DNA from: Okamejei kenojei
Lineage: Eukaryota
Reading direction: 5' to 3'
Length of the DNA: 64,000 nt
Assembly: GCA_035221665.1 (NCBI GenBank)
Contig: CM069158.1
Location: 23,746,001-23,810,000 of the forward strand
Positions 60,530 to 64,000 of this stretch are shown in pieces (the first letter of the stretch is position 1; every line of letters begins with the position of its first letter). A program made the translations under genes and the position numbers. The notes under the pieces are model-generated. The model worked only from the letters and a program-made list of their open reading frames with translations. It did no database searches and had not been told where the DNA came from.

Positions 60530-60930
60530 CTCTCAGCGGGTCAGGCAACGTCTCTGGACGCCATGGATAGGCAATCTTTCAGGTCGAGATCCTTCTTCAA
60601 ACTGATTGTGGGGAGGAGTGGGGGGAAGATAGCTGGAAAAGAGGCAGGGACAGGACAATGCCTGGCAAGTGATGGGTTAATACAGGTGAAGGGCTGGGGC
60701 AAGTGATTGACAGATGGGTAGCCAAAAGCTAGAGGTGCAAAGGAGACAAAGGGGTGTCAGATAAGTAGAGGGATGAAATGTAAAGCCAGAGGCAGGGATA
60801 TAGGCAGTGGGATAGTGGGTGAGATGGCACATGAAAGAGAGGGGTGTGGGGGGGGGGGAGAGGGGCTGTCACCTAATATTGAAGAATTCAATGTTCCCAT
60901 TGTTGGGTTGTAAGCAACCCAAGCAGAATT
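60530..60930 (-). mobile_element. Penelope-like element 3' end
   Basis: Reverse strand FCLGCLQPN..NIEF followed by the same terminal repeat as at 56110-56425. Confidence 0.7.
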
Positions 60931-61271
60931 GAATGTTGCCTCTTTAACTTTGTTCTGTCCTTTGACTTTATTGGCTGCCTATCTTTTTCTTTTGGTTATT
61001 TTTACACATATTACTTTTTCAAATTCCACTTCGTGATTTGGTTTCCTCCTTCCTAAATTCCTTTTTAAAGTTGCTATTATATAATTTAAAAAATATGCCT
61101 AAAATACATTAATGCTATTTATAACCCATTAAAGAGCTGAATATAAATGTTGTCTGCTATAGATGAAAATTACATTCAGTTCACAGTCAAGCTAACTTAG
61201 AAGCAGACTAGTGGATCACCACAGGAGGGTAGCAAACAACATGTGCTCCAGGTTATGGAGGAAGAAGAGGA

Positions 61272-62840
61272 AATCATTAGTTAAGACAAATGTGGGTCCC
61301 TTGAAGACAGAAACAAGTGAATTTATTATGGGGAACAAGGAAACGGCAGACAAGTTTAACAGGTACTTTGGTTCTGTCGTCACTAAGGAAGACACAAACA
61401 ATCTCCCAGATGTACTAGGGAACAGAGGATCTAGGGTGACTGAGGAACTGAAGGAAATTCACATTAGTCAGGAAATGGAGGGAGAGAGAAAGCAGGGAAT
61501 TATAGATCAGGTAGCCTGACATCGGTGGTGGGGAAGTTGCTGGAGTCAATTATTAAAGAAGTAATAGTATTTGGGTAGCAGTAACTGTCAAGTCAGCATG
61601 GATTTACAAAGGGGAAATCTTGCTTGACTAATCTTCTGGAATTTTTTGAGGATGTAACGTACAATGAATAAGGGAGAGCAAGTGGATGGATTATATCTGG
61701 ACTTTCAGAAAGCCTTTGATAATGTCCAACACAGGAGATCAGTGGGCAAAATTAGAGCACATGGTATTGGGGGTATGGTATTGACATGGATCGAACATTG
61801 GTTGGCTGTCAGGTAACAGAGTAGGAATTAATGGTTCCCTTTCAGAATGGCAGGTAGTGACTAGTGGGGTGGCACAAGTCTCGGTTCTGGGACCCGCAGT
61901 TATTCACAGTACATATCAATGATATAGATAGAATGAAGTAACATTAGTAAATGTGCAGTTGACACAAAGCTGAGTGGCAGTGTGAACTGTGAATAGGATG
62001 CTATGAGGATGCAGGGTGACTTGGATAGGTTAGGTGAGTGGGCTGATGCTGTATAATATGGATAAATGTAAGGTTATCTACTTTGGTGGCAAAAACAAGA
62101 AGGCAGATTATTATCTGAATCTGAAATCAGAATAGGAAAAGGGGAATTGCAATGAGACCTGGATGCCCCCTGTACATAGGTCACTGAAAGGAAGCATGAA
62201 GGCAATGAAAAAAGCTAATGGCATGTTAGCCTTCATAATGAGAGGATTTGAGTATAAGAGCAAAGAGGTCCTTCTGCCGTTGTAAAGGGCCTTGGTGAGA
62301 CCACACCTGGAGTATTGTGTGCAGTTTTGGTCTCCTAATTTGAGGAAGGACATTCTTGCTATTGAGGGAGCACAGCGTAGGTTTACGAGGTTAATTCCCG
62401 GGATGGCGGGACTGTCATATGATGAAAGAATGGAACGACTGGGCTTGTAAGCACTGGAATTTAGGATGAGAGGGGATCTTATAGAAACATAGACAATTAT
62501 TAAGGGATTGGACATGCTAGATGCAGGAAACATGTTCACGATGTTAGGGGAGTCCAGAACTAAGAATAAGAAATAGGCCTGGAACGGAGATGAGGAAAAA
62601 CATTTTCACCCAGAGAGTTGTGAATTTGTGGAATTCTCTGCCTCAGAAGGCAGTGGAGGCTGACTCACTGGATACATTCATAAGAGATTTAGATAGAGCT
62701 CTTAGGGCTAGCGAAATTAAGCGATATGGGGAGAAGGCAGGAACAGAGTATTGATTGTAGATGATCAGCCATGATCACATTGAATGGCATTGCTGAAGTA
62801 CCGAATGGCCTACTCCTTCACCTATTTTCCATGTATCTTT
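61272..62840 (+). mobile_element. CR1 LINE ORF2 (RT) with 3' tail, degraded
   Basis: SQHGFTKGKSCLTNLLEFFEDVT, LDFQKAFD, LVRPHLEYCVQFWSP and FTQRVVNLWNSLP. Confidence 0.92.
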
Positions 62841-63659
62841 GTTATGTAGTCTTTAGATGATTAGCTCAGATGATACATGGAAATGGGAAGAGCATTAATT
62901 CCTGCATACGACATAACATGTGAATGTGCAGGCAAATAGAAATTAAGAAATAATAATACCTAATTAAAGAGTAAAATTGAACAATATATTTTGTAAAATT
63001 TTAACTATGTCTCAACCACTGACCATAAGGTGGACAGAAAGAAAATATACACAACAAAGAAAAGTACATTGCGTTGCTACAGATAGGTATTAAGTCAATT
63101 AAGCAGATAAAAATAACAGCAAAAAAAATCACAAAACAAACGTTCAATGTGCAACAATTTAAAAGGATTAACAATGTATAGTTTTGTCAGGGTGGACACA
63201 AAATGCTGGAGTAACTCAGCAGGTCAGGTGCTGGAGTAACTCAGCGGGTCAGGTTTGGTCGGGTTTACTGCCTGTCAACTTCAGTATATGTAAATAAGAA
63301 GGGTATGTGTTGATGATTTATTTATGTTATACCATTGTGCTCCTGTGTGCTATTTTGGTGCTGCCTGCTTAACTTGTTGCTGATCACCTTTCAGAGCTAT
63401 TGCATTTTACTCTGCAAGTTTCTATACTGGGACGCCACAAGGGGTCATACTTTTCAGAAGCCACACTGTTCAAAGCATATGAGAAATTAAGAAAATGAGA
63501 TAGACGCAAAATGCTGGAGTAACTCAGCGGGACTGGCAGCACCTCTGGATAGAAGGAATGGGTGACGTTTCGGGTCGAGTTGAGTGTTTGGCAGTATCAC
63601 TACATGGGTTGCCATTCTCCGTCACCATACACGACCTCTTATATCGTGCCAAAGCAAAA

Positions 63660-63975
63660 TTATGCACAGTCCTTCTCCCAGACCCGGGGACTCAAAAACA
63701 AGAAGGCATAGGTTGAAGATGGGAGGAGATACATTTATTAACTTTTTCACACAGATGGTGGTGCATACATGGAATGAGTTGCCAGAGTAATAGTTGAGGC
63801 AGGTACAATAACAACATTTAAAAGACATTTTGGTTTGGACAGCTACATGGATAGGAAAGGTTATTGAGATATGGCTAAACGCAGGCAAATGAGACCAGCT
63901 TAAATGGGGCATCTTGGTTGACATGGACGAGTTGCGCCAAAGGGCCCATTTCCCTGCTGTATGAGCCTATGACAG
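63660..63975 (+). mobile_element. CR1 3'-end fragment
   Basis: FFTQMVVHTWNELPE and a CR1 tail. Confidence 0.75.
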
Positions 63976-64000
63976 ACAGGTACATGGATAGGACAGGTTT

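Overview
Vertebrate genomic DNA. The repeat repertoire (CR1 and Rex1/L2-type LINEs, V-SINE/HE1-like SINEs, Penelope remnants) suggests a cartilaginous fish such as a skate or ray; this is an inference. The window is mostly transposable elements: four diverged DIRS1-type tyrosine-recombinase retrotransposons (A 1-1620 +, B 20384-25359 -, C 31698-35493 +, D 36354-~40345 +), a complete Mag-like Ty3/gypsy element (25488-30157), and a degraded endogenous retrovirus (~31352-44974 -) that hosts a Tc1 transposon and two of the DIRS copies. The right part carries eight 3' exons of a minus-strand MUC16-like transmembrane mucin (two SEA modules, TM, cytoplasmic tail). A signal-peptide first exon of another minus-strand gene lies near 7.8 kb. 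The most striking observation is a conserved set of spliceosomal signals in the DIRS elements. A donor directly after the pol start (ATG GAG|GT) and an acceptor at the end of pol (TGCAG|) are in phase with the tyrosine recombinase ORF, whose conserved start lacks an ATG, so the whole RT/RNaseH/MT region could act as an intron. Further donors and acceptors would yield gag and pol mRNAs. This is read from sequence only and needs RNA-seq confirmation.
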